DNA of 63,950 nt, filler included, from Raillietiella orientalis (taxonomy: Eukaryota), in assembly GCA_036172245.1 (NCBI GenBank). It is 6 parts of 6 records of this genome, joined end to end, with 100 filler letters (N's around TTAATTAATTAA, not from the genome) between each part and the next. Parts side by side here need not be neighbours in the genome. Positions count along the whole stretch, not along the records: positions 48,174 to 59,246 come from JAYWIR010000269.1; positions 59,347 to 63,950 come from JAYWIR010000338.1; 4 more parts are not named here. One strand, given 5' to 3'. The notes beneath the pieces are model-generated. The model was not told where the DNA came from. It was given only the letters and a program-made list of their open reading frames with translations, and ran no database searches. The translations under genes were made by a program, and so were the position numbers. The stretch's first letter is position 1; every line of letters begins with the position of its first letter. Below, piece by piece: positions 48,917 through 61,688 of this stretch.

Positions 48917-51900
48917 TTTCCCCAAGTCCCACGAGGGGTGGGGTAGATTTATTTTTCTTAAATTTTTCTATAAAAACATTCACACTACAATCTCATCCAT
49001 ACCATAAGCACTTTTTTTTACCACTATGAACTCCTTGGGTTCTCACAAGTTCTGCATTCATGGTGGGTTTCCTGCTGTTTGGTCCCGAACGTCGTCTTAT
49101 ATCCTCTTCAGGATGAATCGGTACGTCCAGGCTTGGTTTTTCCTTCAGCTTCTAATGCCGATTTCCCTCTTCAGGAGCCCTTGTATGATCTCCATCGGTG
49201 GTGCGGCTCTTTTGGCTTTCCTCATTTCCCACCACCGCACAAGTATGGCGGTGATGAAGAGGGCGATGGTCGTCCTCACCATGGGATCGTAACAGGGAAC
49301 ATTACCATCCCCCTGAAACATCCCGGCGAGGATCTCCATTACGGACCTGGTGGTGAGTCCGATTATCCTTTTCAGGATCAGCCAGTCATGCAGCAATGTG
49401 AGACACGTCAAGACCTGAAGTCTCGTGTCGATCTCTCCACATGCTGTGCAGTCTCGATCTTCCCTTCTTCCGTTGTAGTGCTGCAATCGGGACGCACTCT
49501 GGATTCCTCCATGATAAAACATCAGGAGTTCATCCTGGGTGCCCAGCGGAAGGTCACTCCTCCATAGCGTCGTGCCAATCGCTAACAGGTTGATCCGGTC
49601 ACTCCCGTAGCGATCGGCGGCTTCCTGGAGGGCACTAATATCACTGTGTTCTCCTTGAATTAGTCTTCGGAGGTTTGTTTTGGTTACCCTGGACCACGCA
49701 AAGTCGTTGTGATTGAACCACACTTCGCGAGTCATGTGGGTAAACCTTCCTAACATCATCTCTATATACCTAAGTATACGAGTGTGATGTAGGTATTCTC
49801 CTCGTTTCCACTCCTGGATTCGTTGAAGGGTAACTCTGGACCGCTGGTGGGTCCAGCTTCTCGTGTCAGGCGGGACAGGAAGCATCCAAGGGATCACGAG
49901 GATGAAATCGTCCTGCCAGAGTTCCCTACTTCTCGGCAAGATTTTGATTTTGTGCTTCCGCACCAGTTGTTGCTTCCTCGTCCAGGTTGAATCGATTTTT
50001 TTCCATTCGCCTGCTCGGCCTAGCAGCGCAGTCATCAGGCCTTTCGAGTTGTTCCATAACAACTCGTTGGCCCTGTGCGCCGCATACGGCCAGTCATCTT
50101 AGTGAGTGGCAATGTCCACAATGTGTGGCGTATCCATGTTTTGTATGGAGTGTGCAAGCGACTTCATCCCGGAACCGCTTTCTTCCCTGCGACGACACAG
50201 GGGTTTTTGTCGGACTCTTGGGCGATAGTGGCCCCACAGTGTTTTTCTCTGCAGCTTGTCGAACTCCCTCGTGGAATCCTTGTTCATCCTCGCAAAGGCC
50301 GCCCCGAAAAGCACTTTTGGAAGGAGCAATCCGTTCCATATGTTGGCCTTTCGCTTCATTCCAAGGTCCGTTCGGGTGTACTTGGCTGCTTCCTTGGCCG
50401 TTTTCCCTAGGATCTCGGTCCACAATAGCTTCGACGCGGAGACGTCGCCAATGTATACACCCAGGTACTTGGCCTTGTCCACCGTTCGGAATCCTCTCCT
50501 TGCTAGAGTGAAGAGATCGAGGATTCCAACGGGCAAGAGCTGGCTTTTCTGGGCGTTGATCTTTAGACCGAGGCCTTGATCCATCAGGTCTACCACATCC
50601 AGAAACGCTCGTTGATTTCTCTCTCCCTTGATGAAGAAGAGTACATTATCAGCGTATGCCAGATGGGTAAGACGCTGGCCATCTATTGTTATGCCTTGCA
50701 GTCGTCCCCTCTTCTCGATAAAAAACGACAACGCCTCCATATAGATTACGAACAGCATCGGACTTAGCGAATCGATCTGCCGGACTCCCTGTTCCATCCG
50801 GATTGCTGCCATCTCCTGGCCGTTGATTCTAATTCGGCAGTACTGGTTCTGGTGTACCACCCTCACGAAGTTGCTGAAGTGTTCCGGAAGGCCTACCTTC
50901 TCCAGAACCTTCAGCAGCATCCCATGGAAGATGGAGTCGAAAGCCTTCTCCATGTCAGTGAACACCAGCGCCAGATTCTCGCCGACGTATCGGCTGATTC
51001 CGACGGTGGTCTGGGCACACTTGACATTCTTCGACACGTGACGTCCAGGGACTGCACACGTTTGCACCGGAGAGATGAGCCTCGACATGACCTTGCCTAA
51101 GCGGTTGGACCAGATCTTCGCCAACCACTTGGCATCGGAGTTCAGGATCGAGATTGGCCTCCATTGAGCCACCTGCGTGAGGTCGCCTTCTTTTGTAACA
51201 ATCTCATCTGGCTCTCGTAGAAGGACTGTGGAAGTCTTCCTTCTTCGCGGATGCATAGGGACAACTGGTGGAACAAACGCAGGTAGGCATGCAAGTACTG
51301 CTGATAGTGAGGAATGAGCACGCTGTCAGGGCCCGCTGCCACGTCCTTGCGTAGTTGACCAAACGCAGTCTTCACCTCGTCTCCGGAGAATTTCTCCTTC
51401 AGTCTGCTCTGCTGGAGATCGTCGATCCTCTTCTCGAGGTAGCTCAGAAAGGCCTGTTGACTACAGCGACACAGCTGTTGTCGCCTCAAGTGTTTCGTGT
51501 AATGCCTTTCAAAGGCACCCACGATGTCCTTAGACGACTGTCGCTTTTGACCGTCGTACTGGATGCCGAAGATATCTGTTGCCAGATTTCTCTTCTCCAG
51601 CACGCCGACTTTCCCTTTTATGTTCTTGAAGACGTACCGACTCCCGTACTAATCAAAGTACTTTGAGAGTGAGCGATCTTGGATGTTCAGCTCCAGGTAC
51701 GCCTCTTGCCTCAAGCGCCTATCTCCGAACTGCATGTTTGCAAACAGGTGTATCCTGTGTTTCAGGCTGTCCCAGTCGGCGACTCTTCGGATTGTTGTTG
51801 CTTTCAGAATAGTCTCCAGGACAGCCTGATGTCCGGGATATGTTTCGAACCAGGCGGGCATGCTGATGAGCGCCGCCCTGGTGCCTTGCCTTCGCCGCAG

Positions 51901-54545
51901 ATTCTCCGTTCTCAGGGAAAACCGCACCAGGGGGTGATCGGACACCGTGGTCATAATGTCTCGAAAACCCTGGATGCGATTCATAAGTTTGGTGCTGTGC
52001 AGGACGTGATCTATCGGCTTGTGACTTGCAGTTCGCCACACCAGTCCGAACTCTTCGGATAACCGCCGATACGCCGTCCTTCATCTGGCGTCTTTGGATC
52101 GAGTGATCTCATCCAATATGTTGAGATCGCCAGCAACAATCGCGACGTCCTTGGAAGCAACCTTTTTACGAAGTGCTGCATGCAGCGCCTCCGCACAACG
52201 ATGTTTAGCCTGTGCGGCCCGTACACGTTCACCAGGATGAGGTGAACAGTAGCGGACCACGCCAGTCGCACGCAGATGATTCGTCCGGGTTGGATACACA
52301 ACACTTCTGGAATAGTGGGGGCCAGGTTGTTCTTGAATAGGACCGGCACTCCCTGCGTGTTCCGTTCTCCCTCGCTGACGAAAATCTGCCCGTTGAATCG
52401 CTGTTCTATTTGCTGACTAATCTCGAGACCCATCTTGTGGGTCTCCTGCAGGGACACTATGTCTTGTTGTGCGATGGTCCGCACAATCCTTCTTTTTTTT
52501 TACTGGTCGAACATACCGTTTACATTCCAGGAGGCGATGTTCAGCCTCCTGGCGGTCGATAGGGAAGAGGCCATAAGAGGGGAAGTCCTATTTCTTGGCC
52601 TTCCTGAGATTCTTCTGTCTGAGTGAGCGTGCTCTTCCAGACAACGAAGAAGCAGCGGGCTTCTCGCTGACGGCGTCACTCTCTGTTCCAGTGAGGTCGG
52701 CTACTTCCACCTCCTCCGTCGAGTGTTCGGCCCGCGCGATGAGTTTTCGAGATAGCGTCTCCATCTTGACCTTGGCGCAGAGGTTCGCCTTTACGTCGAG
52801 GAGCAGTTCCTCTAGCTTTTTGCGCTCGGTGACCTTCACAACCTGGTTGACCTTCTTCTGTGCATCGCAGATCTTCTGCAAGATTTTCTCTTGCTGCGGA
52901 CCGCTTTGTGCCTCTAGGACATCATTAGCCAGTGATGCCAGCTCCTCAATAGATTGCAGGGCCTCCTGCGACACCGGAGTGGCTTCGGCTATTTCTTCTT
53001 CCGCGCCTTCCTACGCTACCTCTATCTCCTTGCCTTCTTGCTCTTCACCTTCTAGAATAAGAGGGGTTTCTTGCTTCTTGACGAGCTTCCTCCTCATTCC
53101 TTTCTTCCCTAACTGTATGAAGCCGTCTTCCGATACCGGGACGGCTTCTTTAACCTTCTTCGGCCTTCCTGCCTTCTGAGGCTGTTCCGCCTCCTTGGTG
53201 TTTCTCTCTCTCACGGGAGAGAGACCTCGAATTTTTCTGCAGTTTGCAAACTCCGAACAGCTAAATTTGGCATGTCCTTGTTTCTTGCAGAAGGAGCACA
53301 CCTCCGGCTGCGGGCAGTTTTAGACTTGATGTTCTACTTTGCCGCAGCGGAAACAACGACTCGTCGGGCGAGCGCCGGCCCTGTGGCCGAACTGCTTGCA
53401 CCCGGTGCAGAATATCGGTTGTTGCCGGTAACGCACGTTTACTATCTAGGATTGTTCGTCAAGAACGGCTAATCCAGGGATTACAGCTCCCTCTTTCAAC
53501 TTCGTTTTGGCGATCATGTCGCCAGAAAATATATTTCTAGAGAAGTTCTGGAATTCAAGGTCCAGAACTTCCCCATACTGCTCCAAAAAGTTCCAAACCG
53601 TTAATTGCGGTGTAATGATGGAGATGCCGTTCAGAAACACGGTTGTGTATGGCATCTCGTCAACACCACAAACCATCTTCCCTTGTACATTGATCCCCTC
53701 CTGGATCAATCGCTCCCTAAACTTTTCACATTCTGTGAAGACAGTGAACCCGTTGTTTGCCGGTATGATCGCCTGTATGCGATCAAAATTCATGTCCGTT
53801 TTATCGAGGGACAGATACACCTCCCTGATATTATCGAACTTGATCAGCCAAGTCTTGAAAATGATGGGCTTTACATTCGGCTCTAACTACACGATCGGCC
53901 GATCCATCCTTGGGACTTTACCGCATAGCGGCTTCCCGAATTTTCTTGGTGGGTAGACACTCGCTTGTCCAGCCACCACCGACGCATAGGAAAAGGGCTG
54001 CGCCGCCGCAGCCAAACAAGATGGCGTCTCGCCCTGAACCGCGTGGACGCCCGCGGGTCCTGCCTGGGACGCCGCCGCTCCTAGCGCAATTCACGACGTC
54101 GCCACCGTTGTCGCCGCGGGCGGCACCCTCGGCATCGCAGCCGCAGGGGCGACGTTCCCCTCCGCGGGCACTGTCCTTGGCGTCGCCGCCGTGGGCACGA
54201 CCTCCGCCGTCGTCGCCTCGGGCACGACCCTTGGCATCGCCGCCGCCGGCGCAGCAAAGCCAGCCGGGGGCGCGATCCTCGGCATGCCTGCAACCGCCTC
54301 GCCGCTCCCGCACGTTACCTCCATGGCTTCCATGGGGGACGATGGTCTCTCCACTCCTCCTATAGGTGCCTGCATCCTGGCAGCTAATCTTGCTGCACGG
54401 GACCACTGCAGGTTTTTTGCTTCGATGTCCTCGCCGCTTCTTTTTTAGTTTCGTCAGGAAAACTTCCCCTCTCCGGGCGCACACGAGCACAATTAATTGA
54501 TAACGTTGTCGAGCGCACAATACTTTGAGCCGCGAAGCAAGTTTA
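48917..54545 (-). mobile_element. Family A copy A2, full length and degenerate, flanked by a 13-bp TSD
   Basis: Collinear with A1 from 5' UTR to 3' end; CCGACTCGGCAGT at 48904-48916 and 54546-54558. Confidence 0.95.
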
Positions 54546-56280
54546 CCGACTCGGCAGTAGAAGAGCAGTATCCCGACTGTCAAGAAGGTGACTCCATTGA
54601 CGCCTTTTAAAGGCGTAGCGGAAGCAACGCTTGCAGAGAACGCAGCGAAAATCCCGGAGGTTTCCGCAATTACTGTGGCGGAAGCTTTCAAAAATCGCGA
54701 AAACCAATGGAAGGTTGTGGAGAGGAGGACAGAAAAATCTACAAAAAAGCTAAGTAGCATCCATCCCTGAGCTCTTCCAAAGGAAAAAGCAGTCGCGGGA
54801 ATACGAAAACACGCGCAGCTTGTGCCTCTTCCAAGCAAAAAGCCAGCGGCTTCAACGCGTGCAAGTCCGCTTCTGTGACCGCCGAGAAGATTATTCCGGT
54901 GCAATCGGACGGATGCAAGCGCACGTCGATCGTGAGAGCATCAGACTCCGCAAAGGATTCTGATAGCGGCGCTGAACAACCCGTTAATCGCCCGGGAGCG
55001 AGTGCCCACGGGGCTGAAGCCCTGAGGCGTGACACACTCACCGCGGAACGGCGAGTGCTCACCGCGGAACCCACAGGTTCTGCACCCGGGGAGAAGCACC
55101 TGATTACGTGCAGCACAGTTGAGGCCGGTGGCGACTTCGCCCTCCAGCCCGTCGTGCTGCTTATTGCCCGCTCGCCGGTTGACGCAAGCACCACGGCCTC
55201 GCTTTCCCAGCCGTGATGAGGGCAATCGCGTCTTCTCGTCGTGTTGCCGTAACGTCTTGGAACGACAACGGGCTCCAACACGTGGAGAAGAGGAGACTAG
55301 TGGCTGAATCTCTGCGCGATTTCGACTTGACGCTCCTGCAGCAGATTCACAGCATCTCCGGAGAGCAGGCTGCCGAAATCGAACGGCGCGCGGGCTTAAC
55401 GCTACTCAATAGGTGCGGCGTTGCACCTACGTGCGGCGTCGCTTTCCTCGTGTGAGGAAATTTGGCAGGAGCGGTGCGCAGCGTTCGTTTCGACACGGAA
55501 GGCTGAGTGGGACAGCTTGTACTCAAGTGGTACGTGTCGATCGACCTTGTCGTTAACAACGTGTACGCGCCGAGCTGTGCTGGACGATGGACTGAAAGGA
55601 TTGAGTTATTCGGTACACTTCAAAGCCGGTGGCTCACTCGATCTCACCCTAGACGGCCCATCTCATTGCGGGGGACGTTAACGTCCACCTGCTTTCCGAG
55701 ATTAGATCCCACAAAACGGAAAAGCTGCTAGCGGAAGACATGTGCGCGTCCGTGCACGCTTGCAACTTTTTCGCTAGCGACCCTGTTATGGCAGCAACGC
55801 CGGAACACGTTTACCTTGATGAACACTTGCTCTGTCGAGTGGGTTGTTGAGGTCCCGTGCCATGCGTGCTTTCAGATCACAACAGGCTCGAGTTCGAGCT
55901 GCTCTCGCCAGGCAAGAGGCCTCCAAACTGTTTTAGGAGGATGCCAGCAGACTGGCTAAGCCACCCTGAGGCGGCTGAGCATCTTCGCCAGTACCTCCTT
56001 GGATTTGCAAATAGTTAGCTCCAGGACTGGGACGATCTGAAAAGATCAGTCCGCGAGTTCTGCTGCCGGTTTCCCTTGCACCAGCTACCGCGCGGCTTCG
56101 AAGAGGGCGTAGCAAACTGCTGAGATTTTCTGCAGGCCCGCTTTTTTTCCAAGCGCGCTGTCGTTGGTCGATAATCCGACTACAAGGCCAAGGCCGAGCG
56201 CCAGGTCTGGCAGTCAGGGGCAACAGTTCTGCTCGACGACCAGGACCGGGAATGCTCGCTTCCAGCCGACGTTTGCCACC
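54546..56280 (+). mobile_element. Family C copy C2 continued: ORF1 C-terminus and degenerate endonuclease
   Basis: Reading frame resumes after the TSD (PTRQ*KSSIPTVKKVTP...WKVVERR); TGATG stop/start at ~55214; SWNDNG, LLQQIH, NVYAP, AGDVN, LSDH. Confidence 0.82.
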
Positions 56281-59246
56281 CAGAGATGCCGGGGCATTTA
56301 TTATTCTAATTTTCTACAAAAATTAGATAATAAAGTATTTTAAAAGTTAATTGTGGGAACCACTTGGTTTTCCCACCTTGGTTGACTTGTCGGTTGCCGG
56401 TGCATAGACCGGTTAGGTCCATTCCCGAGGCGCATGGGAAGGGAACACTAAAACAAAAACAAACAAAAAGAGAGATAACAAGGAGAGAAAAAGTTGTATG
56501 GGGGGAGGAAGGGGGCAGGGAAGGGATCACTGGGTGCCTGGGTCGGTCCTCCGCATCCTGTTGAGGATGCAGTCAAGTTCCGCTTTTATCGTTAAAGGTA
56601 GACGCCACCTTGTCGCCGTCTCTAAAGAGATTGTTGTCCAGTGGATGGCGTCCCTGCATCTTGGGCCTCTTCTTCTGGCGTGCCACCTTTGCACAATGCC
56701 GCGCACGCAGCAGAGGACTGCTAGAGACGCAGCGGTGCGCAGGCCGTCAGCAGAAAGAGGCGACGGTAAATTTCCTTAGGGTCGCCTACTGGAAGATGGA
56801 GGATTGGGGCGATTCTACTCCAGAGTCCATCCAGGGCGACACACTCGAGGGTGAGATGCGGGAATGTTTCTCTTTCTCCGCACTCGACACAGCGGGCATC
56901 CACATTCCCCAGTGTCCAGTGAGACAGGCGTAATCTGCTTAACAGTCCCCAGTGCAGAAATAGCAACGCCGTCTCCTGCCACTTAAACGGAAGTGTGCCA
57001 CAATCCCAACACGCTGGGGGCCACTTCACCTTCTTCGGAGGTATTGCGAGCAGCTCTCTCCAGCGCGCAAGTCCGTGAGGCGGGACGCTCGGGGTGGCAG
57101 CGTCCGTGAGCTCCCGAGTCGTCCACGCCTTTAAAGGTTTCTTCCTGCCTCGGATGAGGCAGGACACTTCCCACGATGCCAGCACGTTGCTGCTCTTACT
57201 GTATTTCAGGGAGGACAGAACGGGGGCAAGGGGGCTGAAAGATGCCCACAGAAACTTCCGGGGCGTGTTGGTAATATCCTGCAGCGGCTGTTGAGCGTAC
57301 AGTCCTCGTCGTAGGCAGTTGTATTCCGCCTCGCTCGTTTCGTTGATCTTAGCCCACGCGGAAGCTGACTCCTGAAGGCAGGCAGTGCAGTTCGCGGGGA
57401 TGCAGGAGATCCAGCTATTCTCCCTCATCAGGGGGACCATCTGGCGCAAATCGGGACCACAGTTGGAGAGGCTGCGCTGGTAGGCCACGAGGATCGAGGG
57501 CAATCCTTCGCAGCCGGTCGCTCTTCTGGCGAGGAGCAATGCCGGATCGCACAATGGCGTCATCCATAAGCTAGCCGCAAGGGCTAACTTTCGAATTCTT
57601 CTTTGAAGTTGGATACGCTCCAACGTAAGGAGGCCCAAGCCACCATCCCTGCGTGGAGCGCACAAGTCTTTCAATCGGAATCGCGACCTCGCTGTGCCCC
57701 AAAGGGCAGTCCTCAAGAGGTGTTTTGTCCGTCTCTGTATGATGGGAGGGGCGGGGCAAACAAAAAGTAAAAGGCGAAGGAGGGGGGCCGCGAACGCGTT
57801 CCACACCGCGGCCCGCTCCTGCAAGTAAAACTTGCCGTTCCGGAACGGGCCGATCGCCAACTCCACCTTTTGGAGACGGTCGCACCAGGCTTCTGCAACG
57901 CAGAAGTCCCCCAACGGAACGCCAAGGTACTTGAAGCACCTGCCCGTGGGGATCCCCAAGCGGATCCTGTCCGGCCGTCCGTTCCACGCCGTATTGTTGA
58001 AAAGTTGTGGTGATGCTGGAAGGATGGAAGATTTCTCTCTGTTCACCTCGAGGCTTGTCCCGCGGCGCAGCAACTCAAAGAAATCTTCGAGCGCCGACGC
58101 CGGGGTGGACCCGGGGAGCAGGAGTAGAATGTCGTCGGCGTAGGCCGACACGGCAGGCGTGCCGGGACACGAGCTTGGCAGGGTTGCCAGAGTCTCCCTG
58201 TATGCCCTCAGCACCAGCTCGAAGTAGATGCTGAAGAGCATAGGGCTCAGACTGTCACCCTGCCTTATGCCACGCCGAACCGGCGCGCCGTACACGTGCC
58301 GGCCGCTAAAAGAGTTGTTTATTAGAGCGAAGCGCCAACAGGAGCGCAGGTAAGCCCGGAAGACGGCCGGGAATACCAAGCGTTCCAGGAGCTCCAGAAG
58401 CAGTTCCTGGTCGACGCAATCGAACGCTTTACGCAGATCGACTGCGACCGCAAGGGCACCGGGCGCGGCTCTTCCATGAAGGGCGTCCCCTCCCTGGTCA
58501 GAGGAGAATCCAGGATTCTCTTGACCTCCGTGGTCTTCGGTTTGTTGCAGCTGCCACCATGTACTGGCGAGGAACAGGTTGGCCTCCATGCTTCGTCCGG
58601 GACCAGCGTATGTCTGCTCCGGACTCACCACGGATACCGCCACATGTCCCAGTCGCTCAGCCCAAAGCTTGGTACGCAACTTCGCATCCGCATTCACTAC
58701 TGTGATGGGACGCCAGTTGCCTACGTTGCGATTGTCTCCTCCTTCCGGCAGGAGACGTACTCAAGCTGACCGGAACGATTTGGGGACGTCCCCTTGTTCT
58801 CGGATCAGCATGCATAGCCGATGCACCAGGGGGGCCAGATCCGCCACGAAGCCTTGGTAGAACTCCGCGGGCAGATCGTCTTCCCCTGGTGCTTTTCTCT
58901 TTCGGAGCTTTCCGATGGCGGAGACGATCTCCGCCATCGAGAAAGGCTCCGCGAGTTCATGTGCCTGCTCCTCCTGCAGGGCGGGGGCGCCTTGCGGCAG
59001 CAAGCGCTGCGCCACGGCGTTCTCTGTTGTTCTACGCGCGTACAAGGAGGAGTAATAGTCCCGCAGGATGCGGATTATTCTCGCCGGAACTGACCGTTCT
59101 CTGCCTTGGGCGTCCAGCAAGCTGGGAGACCCGGATTGCCAGGTCTGTCGCTCAGCCCCAGGTTTATACTCCGCCAGGCGTCGAACGTCGGGAGTACTAG
59201 AGTAAACACGGGCTTGGTGGTATGCCCGGTCGTTCGTCAGCCCCTC
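56281..59246 (-). mobile_element. Family B element (B3): RT, zinc motif and 3' UTR
   Basis: ORFs 58761-59120 and 56721-58697: DLRKAFD, GIRQGDSLSPMLF, YADD, KYLG, CVECGERETFPHLTLEC; ends AATAAATGCCCCGGCATCTCTGGG. Confidence 0.92.
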
Positions 59247-59346
59247 NNNNNNNNNNNNNNNNNNNNNNNNNNNNNNNNNNNNNNNNNNNNTTAATTAATT
59301 AANNNNNNNNNNNNNNNNNNNNNNNNNNNNNNNNNNNNNNNNNNNN
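59247..59346. other. Artificial contig linker
   Basis: 44 N + TTAATTAATTAA + 44 N. Confidence 0.98.
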
Positions 59347-60313
59347 GGAGTCGTGAGACGTTCCTCTCCGGAGGTGCCCTGGCATACAGGGAGGAGTAGT
59401 AACTCCGCAGCAGGCCGCGGATTTGGGCGGGTGCCGAGTGCTCCTGGCCCTGATCGTTCAGTAAGCTGGCCGATACGAACTGACAGGCTTGTCTCTCGGC
59501 TCCTGCTTTGTATTTCGCCAGCCTACGGATGTCGGGGGTCCTTGAGTAACGACGGGCCTGCAGGTAGGCTCGTTCGTTACGGACCGAGGTCCCAAAACCC
59601 GTAGGTCGGCGGTGCAGAGGTAACTGGTCGCAGAACTTCAGGACCGACCGCTTGAAGCGGTTTCAATCCTGGAGTGTCCGCAGCCTAAAGCTGCGTATGA
59701 ACGTGCAGAGATGTTCCGCCGCGTACAGGAGCTTCAGCCATTCTTTGGGAGACGCCACGCTGACGAGGGTGGGCCCCTTTCGCGCGGATGGATCTCGAGG
59801 ACAAGCGGGCGATGGTCGGACAGCTCGCACGGTAATTTGCCGCGCCTGCCCACGCGAGGGCACAGGTGCTCGTCAAGAAACACGTGGTCAATGCTGTCTT
59901 CCATCCCCGGTGCACTGGCCAACAGATTACAGGTGTGCACCGCCATGCACACCTCGTTGACCAGGTCACGCTCGGGATTCTGCTCATCTGGCTTCAGGCG
60001 AACGTTAAAATCGCCTGCAACCAGATGGGCATTCCGCACGCCTGCTTCGGTCAGCCAGTCTCGCCGGAGGGCAAGGAAAAACTCTTTCCTCGCACTCCTG
60101 TTCATCAGGTCCTTGCCGCTCGGTGCGTACACGTTCGTGACGATCAGATCGATCGAGTCGGAACACGTGAGAGTCAGCTGGCCGACACGACCGTGATCAT
60201 CGAACCGCACGCCCCGAGCCGCGGCCTCGACGGCTAGTCGAAGCAGGTAGGCGACACCGCAACTTTTCGCTCTCCCACACCTGTACCATAGCCGCCCTCC
60301 GGAGATCCGTTCG
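59347..60313 (-). mobile_element. Family B endonuclease/linker fragment
   Basis: CGVAYL, TNVYAP, AGDFN, SIDHVF, LSDH, YYSSLY. Confidence 0.88.
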
Positions 60314-61688
60314 ATCTCTTGCGCTTGTACAGTGCAGTCGTGTTTCCGCGTCTATCCGCGCCAACGATCGGCAACTTTGTGCCTGCGTTTTTGCTCGCAC
60401 TTGTGTGTTCCTGTGCAATCTGCCAAGTAGCATAGTGCAACATGGCCAGTACACAGAATAGTGTGGAGGAGCAAACTACTGGATGCACTTCAGCTGCACT
60501 TGAAGTGGCCGCATCCTCTGTAATGGTTTCCTCGCCCCCGGTGAGGAGTTACGCCACCGTTACCTTCCAAAGACCAGGACCCTGCGATGCGGAGTTCCAG
60601 GCATTTGTGTCATCAGGATACATGCCTGTACTCCGTTATAAGGTCAGTGGGCCACTTAACGGGAGAATCCGTCGTGAGCTCAATGATGAGCTCGTCCGGA
60701 TAGGCGTTCGCGAGGAGGAACTCCTTGCCATAATGCCTCCTCGCAGGATGGAATATACGAAGATTCGGTGCGAGAACGCAGCACTTGTGCAGCGCCTTCT
60801 CCGTACGCCGTTGACCATCAATGGCAAGGAAGTCCTACCTACCGCGATGGACGACTTTTTTGTCGTTAAATTGTGCGACATCGAACCGGAAATCTCCGAC
60901 CGCGATGTCGTAAGTGTGCTGGCGAAGTTCGCCACCGTGCACTCTCTGTGGAGGTGTCCAAATCCTCTAAAGGATTTCCCCTCTGTCCACATTGGACAAG
61001 CCTCAAGGCGGATCACCGTCTCGAACAGGCGTGTTGTGCCTGAGCAGCTGCAGGTGAACGGCACGGTCGTTCACCTGTGGTTCATACGCCAGACTCGCGC
61101 GTGCGTTCAGTGCGGCAAGGATGGGCACCGAATTAAAGAGTGCCCCTCTCCAAGATGCCGCTATTGCAAAGATTCCGGGCACGAAATCAAAAAGTGCCCG
61201 GTACTTACACGAAAAAGAGCCGCAGCGGAAATTCGTCGGATTCAAGAGACCACTGCACGAAAAGCCGCAGCGGCAAATAAAAAACGTCGCCCGCAAAAAC
61301 TCGCAAAAAAACCACGAGCGATCCGCGGATGAAAAGAAAGCATCCTCGCCCGCAACGCCCCGTAAGGGGAAAGTCACGGCGGGGAAGCCAATTAAAAAGG
61401 GGCGCGAGGGTTTGACGCGTGCCGTGACTTCCCTCTCTGCCGAACTCGCAGGCAGCTCTGCGAGCCAGGAACCAGAAAATCTCCGTAACACCCTGGAGGG
61501 AAAGGTAGGAAAACAGGAAGATCGCAACAGTGCGAAGACTTGTTGCCCCGTTCCGTTGTCCCTTCCGAGATCCGGACAGCCCCACTGCAGCGCAGGCCCC
61601 TCTGCAAAGGCTACGAAAGCCGTAAAAAGCAGCGTCGCGACGAGCAAAAGCACGCGCCATGCAGTCGCCCCATCGCCGACTCGGCAGT
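60314..61688 (+). mobile_element. Family C copy C3: 5' UTR and ORF1 5' part (ATG 60442), interrupted by A3
   Basis: 296-aa ORF 60442-61332 with two CCHC knuckles, +1 frameshift in an A-run near 61310; target motif at 61676-61688. Confidence 0.9.
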
